From: Hespellia sp.
Lineage (GTDB): Bacteria; Bacillota; Clostridia; Lachnospirales; Lachnospiraceae
NCBI GenBank assembly: GCA_028694105.1
Contig: JAQUUC010000005.1
Coordinates: 37,700-101,699 of the forward strand
Direction: 5' to 3'
Length of the DNA: 64,000 bases
Part shown: positions 10,096 to 20,096 of the stretch, piece by piece
Layout of the letters: every line of letters starts with the position of its first letter
Numbering within the stretch: the first letter of the stretch is position 1
Notes under the pieces: generated by a model
Told to the model about the DNA's origin: nothing
Databases searched by the model: none
The model's input: the letters and a program-made list of their open reading frames with translations, nothing else
Translations under genes and position numbers: made by a program

Positions 10096-10124
10096 TTGCA
10101 TACTGTCCATTTTCCTGATAAAAT
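10096..10124 (+). promoter_or_regulatory. SigA-type promoter for the divergent araC gene
   Basis: TTGCAT-17 bp-TAAAAT. Confidence 0.6.
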
Positions 10125-10159
10125 GGAAGCATAAAAACAGATCAGGAAAGGATTTTGTC

Positions 10160-11020
10160 ATGAAAACAGTCTATACCGATTTAAATATTAAATTCCGTAT
10201 CGGGGATATCACTTTTTCTGCATTGAATATCATTTACGAACAGTTTCAGCGCAAAATCCCGAAGCACAGCCACGGATTGGACAGCTATGAAATCCACTAC
10301 ATTTCCCAAGGACACGGAACAGCAAAGATTGACGGGAAAATTTATCACATCGAGCCTAACGCGCTCTATATCACCGGTCCGAATGTAGAGCACGAACAGT
10401 ACCCGGAAGAAGAAGACCCGATGACGGAATACTGCATTTATCTCAAAATCAAAAAAAACCGGACGCAGCACAGAGATCAGGCGGATATGCCTTTTCTGAA
10501 TTTATTTGAGCAGACTTATTTCTGGTATGGTGCGGACACGCAGGACATTTATACGCCAATGCAACAGATTTTCTACGAATTGGAACATGAATACACGGGG
10601 TACATCACACAGGTTGAGACGCTTCTCCAGCAATGTATCGTCAAGATTGTGAGAAATTATGAGATCCAGCAGCGTTCTCCGGTTCATTTTGCCCCTTCCA
10701 ATCTGGTGGACAGTAAATATATTATCGTTGAGGAATGTTTTCTGTACGAATACCGGGATATTACGCTTCAGGATCTCTCCAGACGTCTGGGGCTAAGTAC
10801 CCGGCAGACAGAACGTTTTCTAAAAGAAAACTATGGGATGACATTTCTGCAAAAAAAGACAGAGGCCAAAATGTCTATGGCCGCTGTCTTATTAGGCGAT
10901 TTGAATCATAGTATTACAAAGGTCTCCGATGACCTCGGTTACTCTTCTCTTGAGCATTTTTCACATGCCTTCAAGAAATATTACGGAGTAACGGCAAGGC
11001 AGTACCGGAAACAACTCTAA
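10160..11020 (+). CDS. AraC-family regulator (cupin + HTH), probable regulator of the divergent sugar operon
   Basis: Cupin HSH...YEIHYI..G.G. C-terminal HTH LGYSSLEHFSHAFKKYYG. Confidence 0.9.
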   Translation: MKTVYTDLNIKFRIGDITFSALNIIYEQFQRKIPKHSHGLDSYEIHYISQGHGTAKIDGKIYHIEPNALYITGPNVEHEQYPEEEDPMTEYCIYLKIKKNRTQHRDQADMPFLNLFEQTYFWYGADTQDIYTPMQQIFYELEHEYTGYITQVETLLQQCIVKIVRNYEIQQRSPVHFAPSNLVDSKYIIVEECFLYEYRDITLQDLSRRLGLSTRQTERFLKENYGMTFLQKKTEAKMSMAAVLLGDLNHSITKVSDDLGYSSLEHFSHAFKKYYGVTARQYRKQL

Positions 11021-11027
11021 CTCAGTT

Positions 11028-12053
11028 TTACAAAAATCCTTTTACTAAATGTCTCATTCTGGAGGCTTTCAGTTTGCGGAGCGCTTTCGCCTCAATCTGG
11101 CGGATTCGCTCCCTTGTCACCTGATAATCCGCTCCAATCTCCTCCAGTGTCTTCGGCTCGCCATTCTGCAGACCGAATCGTGCGATAATGATTGATTTTT
11201 CTCTCTCGGTCAGCACATCCAATAATAAGTTGACATTTTCTTTTAATAGTGCCTGCTCTGCTGATGCCTCCGGCGAAATCGTGTTCTCATCCGCAATGAA
11301 ATTGCCGAGTGTGGAATCGTCCTCATCACCGATTGGCGTATCAAGCGAACCCGTATCCACTGAATAACGCAGGATTTCCAATAAGCGGTCTTCGCTGACA
11401 TCCAGCTCATCCGCCAGCTCTGCATGGCTCGGCTCATGCCCCAGCTCCAAGGTCAGTCGTTTTTGTGTTCTGATGACTTTGTTGATCTCTTCTACCATAT
11501 GTACCGGTACACGGATGATTCGCGATTTGTCTGCAAGTGATCTGGTGATGGACTGTCTGATCCACCAAGTGACATATGTACTGACTTTAAATCCCTTCGT
11601 GTAATCGTATTTATCAATTCCCTTCATTAATCCAAGATTTCCCTCCTGAATCAGATCAAGAAATGTCATTCCCCTTCCGGTATAACGTTTGGCAATACTG
11701 ACAACCAGACGCAGATTGCTGTTGATCAGCTCTTCTTTGGCTGCCGGATCTCCTTCGTTTTTCCTTTGGGCAAGCTCCGCTTCCCGCTCTGCGCTGAGCA
11801 GCGGATACATCCCGATTTCTTTCAGGTACAGCCGTACAGGATCCTCTGTTCCCACTCCATCCAAAAGACTTGCCGCGTCTACATCATACTGTTCCTCTTC
11901 TCTGTCAAACTCTTCTGATTCAAGTTCTTTATCTAAAAGGATCTCGTCTTCTAACAATACCGGTTCTCCCTCCAGAATCGTTTCTTTCAGAAGCAGCTTC
12001 TCGTCCTCTTCCGGCAATTTGTTCATCTCTTCTACATATATATCTTCTGACAT
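11028..12053 (-). CDS. RpoD/SigA-like sigma-70 factor paralog
   Basis: DPVRLYLKEIG (1.2), NLRLVVSIAKRY (2.1), DLIQEGNLGL (2.2), TWWIRQ (2.3/2.4), TLEEIG...VTRERIRQIEAKALRKL (4.2). Not next to dnaG. Confidence 0.92.
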   Translation of the reverse strand: MSEDIYVEEMNKLPEEDEKLLLKETILEGEPVLLEDEILLDKELESEEFDREEEQYDVDAASLLDGVGTEDPVRLYLKEIGMYPLLSAEREAELAQRKNEGDPAAKEELINSNLRLVVSIAKRYTGRGMTFLDLIQEGNLGLMKGIDKYDYTKGFKVSTYVTWWIRQSITRSLADKSRIIRVPVHMVEEINKVIRTQKRLTLELGHEPSHAELADELDVSEDRLLEILRYSVDTGSLDTPIGDEDDSTLGNFIADENTISPEASAEQALLKENVNLLLDVLTEREKSIIIARFGLQNGEPKTLEEIGADYQVTRERIRQIEAKALRKLKASRMRHLVKGFL

Positions 12054-12266
12054 CGTTCACCCAATCCTTGTCTTTCGTATTTTATCTTACACACTTCATA
12101 CACGAGCGCAAAAAAAACAACATACCACTAAAATGCGGTAGCTGCTCTCATCTCATTCACATTCTCTTGATGGATTATACCACGAAATGTATCGTCTGTT
12201 AACCCCCTTTTTATAATAAACAGCCACTTATTTTACCCTCCTGCTTTTTTCATTTTCTTAACAAAC

Positions 12267-12295
12267 TTGTAATATTTCCAAAAATATAGTACAAT
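12267..12295 (+). promoter_or_regulatory. SigA-type promoter
   Basis: TTGTAA-17 bp-TACAAT upstream of an AAGGAG RBS. Confidence 0.6.
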
Positions 12296-12323
12296 GCATA
12301 AATAGCGAGAAAGGAGTATATAC

Positions 12324-13313
12324 ATGAAGCTAAATAATAAGTATCGCCTACGAATGAATATTGGAATCATTTGTTCCCTTGCTATTCTGTCAACTTCCGC
12401 CCCTGTAATGGCGACAAGTACAGAAAATTTAGAAAGCCAGTCCTCTTCTCTCCAGCATGAGTTAGATGACATTAATAGCGAGATATTAGATATGAGTTCC
12501 GAGATTGCCAAGATCGAGATACAGATTGAAGATACCAGCAATTCAATCATCAGTACCGAAGAGCAGCTTTCCATCATTAAGAACACAGAGACAGAGCAGT
12601 ATGCCGAAATGAAAAAACGTATTCAGTATATGTACGAAAACGGCAGTTCCAGTTTACTTGAATTACTGTTCTCTGCGGAAGATATTGCCGATTTTGTTAA
12701 CAAGGCAGATTTTATCAGCAATATCAGCAGTTATGATCAGGAGCAGTTAGATGAACTAAAGAATACCATCACAACATATGAAGACCAACAGAATGCGCTG
12801 AAGGAGCAGCAGGTTTCCCTGACTGCTATGGAGTCTGACCTAAAGGACAAAAAGTCTGCATTAACGCAAAAAGCTGCAGCAACCTCTACCAGCATCGCAT
12901 CTATTTCAGACAAAATCGAACAGATAAAAGCCGAAGAGCAAAAAGCCGCTGAAGAAGCAGCCGCTCAGGCAAGTGCCTCTTCTGGTTCTTCTTCCGGTTC
13001 CTCCGGTTCGTCATCAAGACCTAGTTATTCCTATCCGACATCCGGCGGGGCACTGACACCAGATAAAGGTGTTGTATATTTCAATGGACACCGAGAGACC
13101 TATTATTCACAGAGAGTACTCCCCGGCACAGGACTTAACATTCCCGGACGTCACGTAGCAGCGGACGGAACCATTCGTGACCGCGACAATTATATCTGCG
13201 TGGCCAGCAGCGATTTAGCCAAAGGAACACTCGTTGAGACATCACTTGGTATGGGAAAGGTATATGACTCGGGATGTGCAAGTGGAACCATTGATATTTA
13301 TACCGACTGGTAA
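12324..13313 (+). CDS. Secreted PcsB/CwlO-type coiled-coil protein with a C-terminal 3D-like (lytic transglycosylase-like) domain
   Basis: Signal peptide. Coiled coil with RIQYMYENG...LLELLFSAEDIADF typical of CwlO/PcsB. Ser-rich linker. C-terminal VAS...GTLV...G.VYDSG...IDIY. Confidence 0.75.
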   Translation: MKLNNKYRLRMNIGIICSLAILSTSAPVMATSTENLESQSSSLQHELDDINSEILDMSSEIAKIEIQIEDTSNSIISTEEQLSIIKNTETEQYAEMKKRIQYMYENGSSSLLELLFSAEDIADFVNKADFISNISSYDQEQLDELKNTITTYEDQQNALKEQQVSLTAMESDLKDKKSALTQKAAATSTSIASISDKIEQIKAEEQKAAEEAAAQASASSGSSSGSSGSSSRPSYSYPTSGGALTPDKGVVYFNGHRETYYSQRVLPGTGLNIPGRHVAADGTIRDRDNYICVASSDLAKGTLVETSLGMGKVYDSGCASGTIDIYTDW

Positions 13314-13349
13314 AACTTCACAACTTGATTCCATCATTAAAAAAATGGC

Positions 13350-13382
13350 GGGCACATCAGATAATCTGATGTGCCCCTTTTT
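13350..13382. terminator. Intrinsic terminator hairpin
   Basis: gggcacatcaga-taa-tctgatgtgccc (perfect 12-bp stem) followed by cttttt. Confidence 0.8.
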
Positions 13383-13394
13383 ATTCACCATAGC

Positions 13395-13431
13395 GAACAA
13401 GGTAAAGATCCACTGGACCTTTACCTTGTTC
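13395..13431. terminator. Second hairpin between convergent genes
   Basis: gaacaaggtaaag...ctttaccttgttc, a 13-bp perfect stem. Confidence 0.65.
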
Positions 13432-13463
13432 TTTCATTTTAGAGAGAAATGTAATTGATAATT

Positions 13464-15260
13464 TTACAGCTTGTAAAGTGGACCATAGTTCTTGCAAGCT
13501 CTGTAATCCTGACCTTCTTTGTTTTCGCCGAATGAGTTCCATGCTGCTGGTCTGAAGATATCTTCTTCAGGTATGTTGTGCATAGATACCGGAATACGAA
13601 GGATTGAGCAAAGTGTGAGTAAATCTGCTCCAATATGTCCATATGCAGATGCACCGTGGTTCGCTCCCCAGTTATTCATAACATCGTAAGCTGTCTTGAA
13701 TGCGCCTTTTCCTGTTGTTCTTGGTGCAAACCATGTACATGGCCATGTGTAGTCTGTTCTCTTCCAAAGCTTATCAGAAACCTCTTCCGGAAGCTGAACG
13801 GTCCATCCTTCTGCGATCTGCATAACAGGTCCGAGTCCCTTTACAAGATTCAGACGAATCATCGTACAAGGCATCTCGTATTTTGTTTCAAATCTTGAAG
13901 AATATCCGCCGCCTCTGAAGTATCCGTTATCCGCTGCGCACCACTCTGTCGCTTTCAGGATTGCTTCCTGATCCGCTTCTGTCACGTCATACCAAGGTTT
14001 AATTACGTGGTTTCCGTTCTCATCTACTGCTTCTCCGTTAAAGTCAAGGCAGGATGCACCTGAGTTGATTAAGTGTAAGAATCCCTGAGATTCTTTTGCA
14101 ACACCTGTCAGCTCATATCCGGTTGCTTTCTTAACAGCCTCCGGGCTCCAGTATGTACGAACATCGGAGAACATAGATGCTGTGTTTGTTAATAATTTTT
14201 CAAATAACATTCCAAGACCGTTGAGTACATCATTCTCTGTAGCAAGGATGTATGGCTCTCTTGCTCCGTTCCAGTCAAATGAAGTATTGAGTAATGCTTC
14301 CGGATAGTCACAGTTTGGATAGAAGTCTGTCCACTGTCTCTGTCCCTGGAATCCTGCTGCAATTGCATTGTGTCCGACTGCTTCTTCTTCACATCCCTCA
14401 GGAAGATTCTGATTTCCATTCATCAGGTCTTTGATGATACACATCATCTTAACAACGAATTCCCAATCAGCTTCTTTCTGTTCAGGTGACTTCTTAATCT
14501 CATCCGGGTTCTTGTCGAATCCTTCTGGGCATTTCTCTTTTGTCCAGGCTAATGCTTTCTGGTATTCTGCTTCATCGTAAATGTTCTCTGACATACGACG
14601 GATTACTTCAACTTCATCTACTGACTCCACACGCATACCAAGGTATTCCTCGATAAATGCAGGATCAATGATAGATCCGCCGATTCCCATCGTAACGGAA
14701 CCGATCTGTAAGTATGATTTACCTCTCATCGAAGCTGCTGCAACTGCTGCACGTCCGAAACGAAGTAATTTTGTCTTAACATCTTCCGGAATCTCTGTAG
14801 CGTCAGCTTCCTGAACGTCATGTCCGTAAATACCAAATGCAGGAAGACCTTTCTGTGCATGTGTAGCAAGTATAGATGCAAGATATACAGCTCCCGGTCT
14901 CTCTGTTCCGTTGAATCCCCATACAGCTTTGATTGTATGCTTATCCATATCCATCGTCTCAGCACCGTAGCACCAGCAAGGTGTTACAGAAAGAGTGATA
15001 TCTACACCCTCTTTTTTGAATTTTGCTTCGCATGCTGCTGCTTCTGCAACACGTCCAATTGATGTATCCGCGATGACAACCTTGACGGGTTCGCCGTTCG
15101 AATATTTCAGGTTGGATGTGAACAGCTCAGCTGCCTGCTTCGCCATTCCCATTGTCTGATCCTCCAGTGATTCTCTTACCTTCAAGTACCCTCTACGACC
15201 GTCAATGATTGGTCTGATTCCGATGACTGGATAGTCCCCAATTAATCTGCTTTTTGCCAT
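13464..15260 (-). CDS. fucI: L-fucose isomerase (L-fucose/D-arabinose isomerase)
   Basis: [49 protein letters not shown]; 598 aa. Confidence 0.95.
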   Translation of the reverse strand: MAKSRLIGDYPVIGIRPIIDGRRGYLKVRESLEDQTMGMAKQAAELFTSNLKYSNGEPVKVVIADTSIGRVAEAAACEAKFKKEGVDITLSVTPCWCYGAETMDMDKHTIKAVWGFNGTERPGAVYLASILATHAQKGLPAFGIYGHDVQEADATEIPEDVKTKLLRFGRAAVAAASMRGKSYLQIGSVTMGIGGSIIDPAFIEEYLGMRVESVDEVEVIRRMSENIYDEAEYQKALAWTKEKCPEGFDKNPDEIKKSPEQKEADWEFVVKMMCIIKDLMNGNQNLPEGCEEEAVGHNAIAAGFQGQRQWTDFYPNCDYPEALLNTSFDWNGAREPYILATENDVLNGLGMLFEKLLTNTASMFSDVRTYWSPEAVKKATGYELTGVAKESQGFLHLINSGASCLDFNGEAVDENGNHVIKPWYDVTEADQEAILKATEWCAADNGYFRGGGYSSRFETKYEMPCTMIRLNLVKGLGPVMQIAEGWTVQLPEEVSDKLWKRTDYTWPCTWFAPRTTGKGAFKTAYDVMNNWGANHGASAYGHIGADLLTLCSILRIPVSMHNIPEEDIFRPAAWNSFGENKEGQDYRACKNYGPLYKL

Positions 15261-15384
15261 GATAAAATACCTCCTTAAATAATAACAACTTATTGTTTGA
15301 TAATGTCATTATAACCCAGCGCGAAACGTTTTTTTTGTTCAATAACGGCAAATTAATATAATAATATTCACTTATCATTTTATT

Positions 15385-17802
15385 TTATTTTGTTGCAGAA
15401 TCTGTTACAAATACAAACTTCACACTGCCTTCCATCTCATCGGAAAGACCGGAGTAGTTCTTGTAGCTCTTGGAGGAATCGAGCATTGTGCTGAGTTTGT
15501 CAAATAATCCATCGAGATTGTCATCAAAGGCTGCGGTTAATTTGTCGATACCTGATTCATCAAATTCAATCATACCACGATTGAGCTGGGCTGCACCATC
15601 GTCAAGCTGGGTAATGCCTGATACTAATTCAGGTGTGCCTGCCTGAAGTGTTTGGATGCCTGCTGATAATGTATCAGCTCCTGTGCCTGCTGCTGCAAGA
15701 CCTGTTGCAAGCGTATCAGCTCCTGTGCTGAGCGTCGCAAGATTAGAGGAAACTGCAGCTGCTCCCGTTGAAACCTGATTTGCACCCTTTTGCAGTTTTG
15801 ATGCTGCAGCTGCTAATTTCGTTCCCGTCTCCGGTAACGTTTCTGTTCCTGCAGCTAAGCCTTCCAGAGAGGATGCCATTGTATCAATACCTGCATTTAT
15901 ACTTCCCTTTTCACCGGAAAGAGCTTCGTTGAATTTTGTCATATTATCATCTAACACTTTCATTGCATTTAAGATACTCTTGTTCTGATCATATGACTGA
16001 TCCGTTTCCTGCTGTAATTGAATCTTGGAAATCAAAGCTTTCAATCCATTATTTACAGCTACACCATACTCGTATGCCGTTTGAGGTGTTTGTGCATCCG
16101 CCTGTGCTCCCTCACGCATCTCAGAAATTTCATTCAGAAGCTGTGCTTTTGTATCTGCAATGTCCGCATTTTTTTCAACTGTATTTGTCTGTGTTTCTGT
16201 CGTTGTATTTGTATTCGTAACCGTTGTTGTGGTGTCATAATCATTGGTTACTGTAACCGTTTGTGTATATACCTGAACCTCAGTTCCATCCTCCTGCGTA
16301 TATGTTTCAGCCAATACTGGTTCACTTGTTTCTGTCGAAGAATTTGTTAATGTTCTGTCTCCGGTTTCTGTCATCGAATTACTTTCCTCTGAGACAGCAG
16401 GTTCGCTTTCTGTCTGATTGCCAGAGGAACTGTCCGGTAAATCATTTACCAGTCGTTCTAATTCAGAATAGTCAGCTGTACTCGGCTGCGACGCCTTTAG
16501 AGAAGGTAAAATAATCTGATCCATTATATTGGATAACTGGCTCAGTGAATTCAGTATCGTTTCCTGTGTTTTACCATTTTCATCCGGTCCACTATAATTA
16601 ATGTTCGCTTCTATCGATTGCAAGCCTTTTTGAAGAGCCAGACCGCTTTTTCCAAGATCTTTACTATTTGCCTTTAATGATGAGGAGCCTTTAGCCAGCT
16701 GCTGTGCCACGCTGTTCAAATACTGAAACTGTGCCGGTGCACCTGCAGTTTCTTTCACTAATTCATCGGTTCCGGCAGCGAGCACACCCGCTCCTCCGGA
16801 GAGTGTCCTGCTTCCATCTGCCAGCTGTCCTGCACCGCCTGCTAACGTCTGACTACCTGCAGACAACTGATTCACACCACTTGCCAGTTCATTTCCGCCA
16901 CTGGCTAACTGGTCAACCCCGCTCACCAGAGTACCAGAACGATCAAGCAATGTATCCATACCATCCTTTAACTGTCCGGATCCATCCACCAGCTGATTCG
17001 ATGCATCACTAAGCTGTGTCATCGCATCTTTCAGATCATCCATGCTGTCAATTTCATCTGTATCAATCTCATTAAACACATCATTTGTGCCAAAGGTAAC
17101 AGACTGTGGTGCTGTATAATCGGTCACATCCGCTTCCATTTCAAAATAATCAGGAATATCAATATCGGTTGCTAATTCCTGTGCCACACCCGGAAAACCG
17201 TATCCGATTACAAGATCACGGTCACCGTCGGAAGCCAGTTTCGCATTTGTTGTTGTAATATTGGTAAATGTGTCTCCATCGATAATAATACCTGTCGCCA
17301 TCAAAAATGGAACGAATTCACCGGTGTTTGCTTCGCTGAGGTTTGTGTAATCATAACGAATCACAAGGTGTCCGCTCTTTCCTTCCAGCTCAGAAGCACT
17401 GATTTCTTTTCCATCCAGTGTATAAGTAATCTTAACTTCCAAAGGTAAATCACTGGATTTTCCCGTTCCTGAATATACAATTTCTTTTCCATCGCCATTC
17501 CATGTAAGTGAATCGCTGGACTGCTTAAAGGTTTCGTCCCCCTTCAGGTTCTGTATATCTGAAAGTGTGGATACATCGTCAATTTTGCTTTCAGCTGTTA
17601 CATTTTTCAGCTGATCTGACACTGTAACATTTTTCACAGATCCGGTTTCATCGATTTTTGCATATACCGTCTCTGTCTTTGTAGGTTTTGCTGCTAAAGA
17701 ATCCGCAGCTCTCACCTGCATTGTTGCTGTACCGGTCATACTTCCGACCATCGCTGTTATAAGTGCTGCCGCCAATACTTTTTTATATTCTCTGTTTTTC
17801 AT
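15385..17802 (-). CDS. Secreted protein with xxxLxxG heptad repeats (YhgE/Pip-like coiled coil), partner of an MMPL transporter
   Basis: Signal peptide (VRA-ADS). KTETVY..D..G N-terminal domain. Repeated QL.(D/S)G/L..G heptads. No C-terminal TM helix. Confidence 0.75.
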   Translation of the reverse strand: MKNREYKKVLAAALITAMVGSMTGTATMQVRAADSLAAKPTKTETVYAKIDETGSVKNVTVSDQLKNVTAESKIDDVSTLSDIQNLKGDETFKQSSDSLTWNGDGKEIVYSGTGKSSDLPLEVKITYTLDGKEISASELEGKSGHLVIRYDYTNLSEANTGEFVPFLMATGIIIDGDTFTNITTTNAKLASDGDRDLVIGYGFPGVAQELATDIDIPDYFEMEADVTDYTAPQSVTFGTNDVFNEIDTDEIDSMDDLKDAMTQLSDASNQLVDGSGQLKDGMDTLLDRSGTLVSGVDQLASGGNELASGVNQLSAGSQTLAGGAGQLADGSRTLSGGAGVLAAGTDELVKETAGAPAQFQYLNSVAQQLAKGSSSLKANSKDLGKSGLALQKGLQSIEANINYSGPDENGKTQETILNSLSQLSNIMDQIILPSLKASQPSTADYSELERLVNDLPDSSSGNQTESEPAVSEESNSMTETGDRTLTNSSTETSEPVLAETYTQEDGTEVQVYTQTVTVTNDYDTTTTVTNTNTTTETQTNTVEKNADIADTKAQLLNEISEMREGAQADAQTPQTAYEYGVAVNNGLKALISKIQLQQETDQSYDQNKSILNAMKVLDDNMTKFNEALSGEKGSINAGIDTMASSLEGLAAGTETLPETGTKLAAAASKLQKGANQVSTGAAAVSSNLATLSTGADTLATGLAAAGTGADTLSAGIQTLQAGTPELVSGITQLDDGAAQLNRGMIEFDESGIDKLTAAFDDNLDGLFDKLSTMLDSSKSYKNYSGLSDEMEGSVKFVFVTDSATK

Positions 17803-17814
17803 AATTTTAACCTC

Positions 17815-19935
17815 CTATGCGCTCACGCTTGAACTATTTTCTTCTATCTTTTCCTTTGAATTTTTCTGAATCATCCTCATGTCTGCCGTTGTCGCACAGA
17901 TTGGTCTGTCAAATACCATCAGCATAGACGGAAGAATAAAGATTACGGTAAACATACTGATGATTGCCCCTCGTGCCATAAGTGTACACAGCTGGGAAAT
18001 CATATCAATGTTAGAATATAACCCAACACCAAATGTTGCTGCGAAGAATCCGAGTGCAGATACGATAATCGATGGAATGGATGTCGAAGCTGCAATCTGA
18101 ATTGCATCGTGTTTCGTATGTCCTTTGCAGCGTTCTTTCTTATATCGTGTTGTCATCAGGATTGCATAGTCAACAGTTGCTCCTAACTGAATCGTACCAA
18201 TTACAATCGATGCAATGAACGGCACTTCTGTGTGTGTAAAGAACGGAATCCCCATATTAATAAAGATTGCAAATTCGATAACCGCTACCAGAACAATTGG
18301 CAATGATATTGATTTGAATACACAAAGGATGATGACAAAGATTGCCGCAATCGAAACAGCACTTACTCGTGCAAAATCGGAATTGGTAATGGTAATCAAA
18401 TCTTTTGTGCAAGGTGCCTCGCCAATCAGCATCGCTGTTTTATCATATTTCTTAACAATCTTATTCAGTTCGGTAATCTGGGCGTTCACTTCCTCCGATG
18501 CCACTTCATATTCAGAGCTAACCAGCATCATCTGATATTTATCACTGGATAACACCTCTTTGATTGAATCCGGAAGCATATCTTTTGGAACTGCACTGCC
18601 GATCACGCTGTCGAGACCAAGTGCAAATTTAACACCTTTGACCTTCGACATCTCATCGAGCATTCCCTTTGCGTCTTTCGCGGAAAGATTTGCGTCCGCA
18701 AGAACCATGTGCGTTGAATTCATATTAAAGTTCTTGGCAAGTTCTTCATTCGCCTGCACACTTTCCAGATCCTTCGGAAGCGATTCGTCTAATTTATAAT
18801 AAACCGGCGTATTCTGATAGCCGTAAAGTGCCGGAATCAAAATAATGATAAAAGCTGCTACAAAAATTTTAAAATGATCCGTTATAAATGTGGAAATCCT
18901 GTCCATGCCCGGCATCACTGATTTATGTGTTGTCTTCCTGATCAGTTTATCCGCACAGAGAATCATAGCCGGAAGAATCGTTACACAGCTCAGCACTCCG
19001 AATATAACGCCCTTCGCCATTACGATGCCAAGGTCTTTTCCAAGTGTAAAGCTCATGAAACAAAGTGCGATGAATCCGGCAACCGTCGTAATCGAACTTC
19101 CGACAACGGAGGAAAATGTATTGGAAATCGCATGCCCCATCGCTCTTTCGTTCTCTCCCGGGAACCGTTCCAGATTTTCCTGATAACTGTGCCAGAGGAA
19201 AATGGAATAATCCATCGTAACACCTAATTGCAGGACCGCGCTCAGGGCTTTCGTTATATAAGATATCTCTCCCAGAAAATAATTGCTTCCCAGATTATAA
19301 ACAATTGCCATTCCAATGCTCAGCATAAATAATACCGGCAGCATGAAGGAATCCATGAAAATTGCAAGTATAATGCAGCACAGGAGAACTGCAATCAATA
19401 CATAAATCGGTGTCTCCTTCTCGGACAATGCCTTCGTGTCCGTGACGATTGCTGACATACCACTCAGGAAACACTGGTCACTCGTAACCTTCCGAATCTC
19501 TGTAATCGCGTCCATCGTGCTGTCTGCCGATGTGGTATCATCGAAGAAAATTGCCATCATCGTTGCATTATCATTATTAAATACTTCTTCATAATTACTC
19601 GGAAGCATACTGGTTGGAATCGAAACATCGGCAATTGAATCGTACCAGATTACATCTGCAACTCCATCCACCTTTTCAATCTTAGCTTTTACATCTGCTT
19701 CTTCCTTTATCGTCATACCTTCGACGACTTCCATCGCAAAAGCTCCCTTTCCGAAATCTTCCTTTAAGATATCCTGACCCACCATTGTCTCAATATCGCT
19801 CGGAAGATAATACAGAATATCATAATTCACTCTTGTCTTAATGTATCCCAGTGCGGATGGGATCAATAGCAACACTGCAATAACGATGATTGCAACTCTG
19901 TATTTCGCTATCTTCTTTCCTAGCTTTACCATCAT
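17815..19935 (-). CDS. MMPL (RND-superfamily) transporter
   Basis: Two repeats of a TM bundle plus extracytoplasmic domain, with conserved GVTMDY and GATVDY. Start set at ATG 19935 (AAGGAGG RBS). Confidence 0.9.
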   Translation of the reverse strand: MMVKLGKKIAKYRVAIIVIAVLLLIPSALGYIKTRVNYDILYYLPSDIETMVGQDILKEDFGKGAFAMEVVEGMTIKEEADVKAKIEKVDGVADVIWYDSIADVSIPTSMLPSNYEEVFNNDNATMMAIFFDDTTSADSTMDAITEIRKVTSDQCFLSGMSAIVTDTKALSEKETPIYVLIAVLLCCIILAIFMDSFMLPVLFMLSIGMAIVYNLGSNYFLGEISYITKALSAVLQLGVTMDYSIFLWHSYQENLERFPGENERAMGHAISNTFSSVVGSSITTVAGFIALCFMSFTLGKDLGIVMAKGVIFGVLSCVTILPAMILCADKLIRKTTHKSVMPGMDRISTFITDHFKIFVAAFIIILIPALYGYQNTPVYYKLDESLPKDLESVQANEELAKNFNMNSTHMVLADANLSAKDAKGMLDEMSKVKGVKFALGLDSVIGSAVPKDMLPDSIKEVLSSDKYQMMLVSSEYEVASEEVNAQITELNKIVKKYDKTAMLIGEAPCTKDLITITNSDFARVSAVSIAAIFVIILCVFKSISLPIVLVAVIEFAIFINMGIPFFTHTEVPFIASIVIGTIQLGATVDYAILMTTRYKKERCKGHTKHDAIQIAASTSIPSIIVSALGFFAATFGVGLYSNIDMISQLCTLMARGAIISMFTVIFILPSMLMVFDRPICATTADMRMIQKNSKEKIEENSSSVSA

Positions 19936-19956
19936 GTTAATAGCCTCCTTTTTTAT

Positions 19957-20065
19957 AAATGACCAAAAGTCACTTTTCAAGCTAACCGTAATATAACCCT
20001 AAAATGACCAAAAGTCAATATCATTTTAGAAAAAAGTTGACTTTTAGTCATTTTTTAATTATAAT
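19957..20065. promoter_or_regulatory. Three TetR-type operators and the tetR promoter
   Basis: aaatgaccaaaagtca at 19957-19972 and 20002-20017, and an inverted aaatgactaaaagtca at 20038-20053. The third copy overlaps TTGACT(20037)-17 bp-TATAAT(20060-20065). Confidence 0.8.
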
Positions 20066-20096
20066 AAAACAAATAAAGTAAAAGGGGTGCATATAA

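Noticed and set aside
15600-17000. Tandem DNA repeat in the coiled-coil gene
   Set aside because: Periodicity is at the protein heptad level with divergent codons, so it is not a VNTR.
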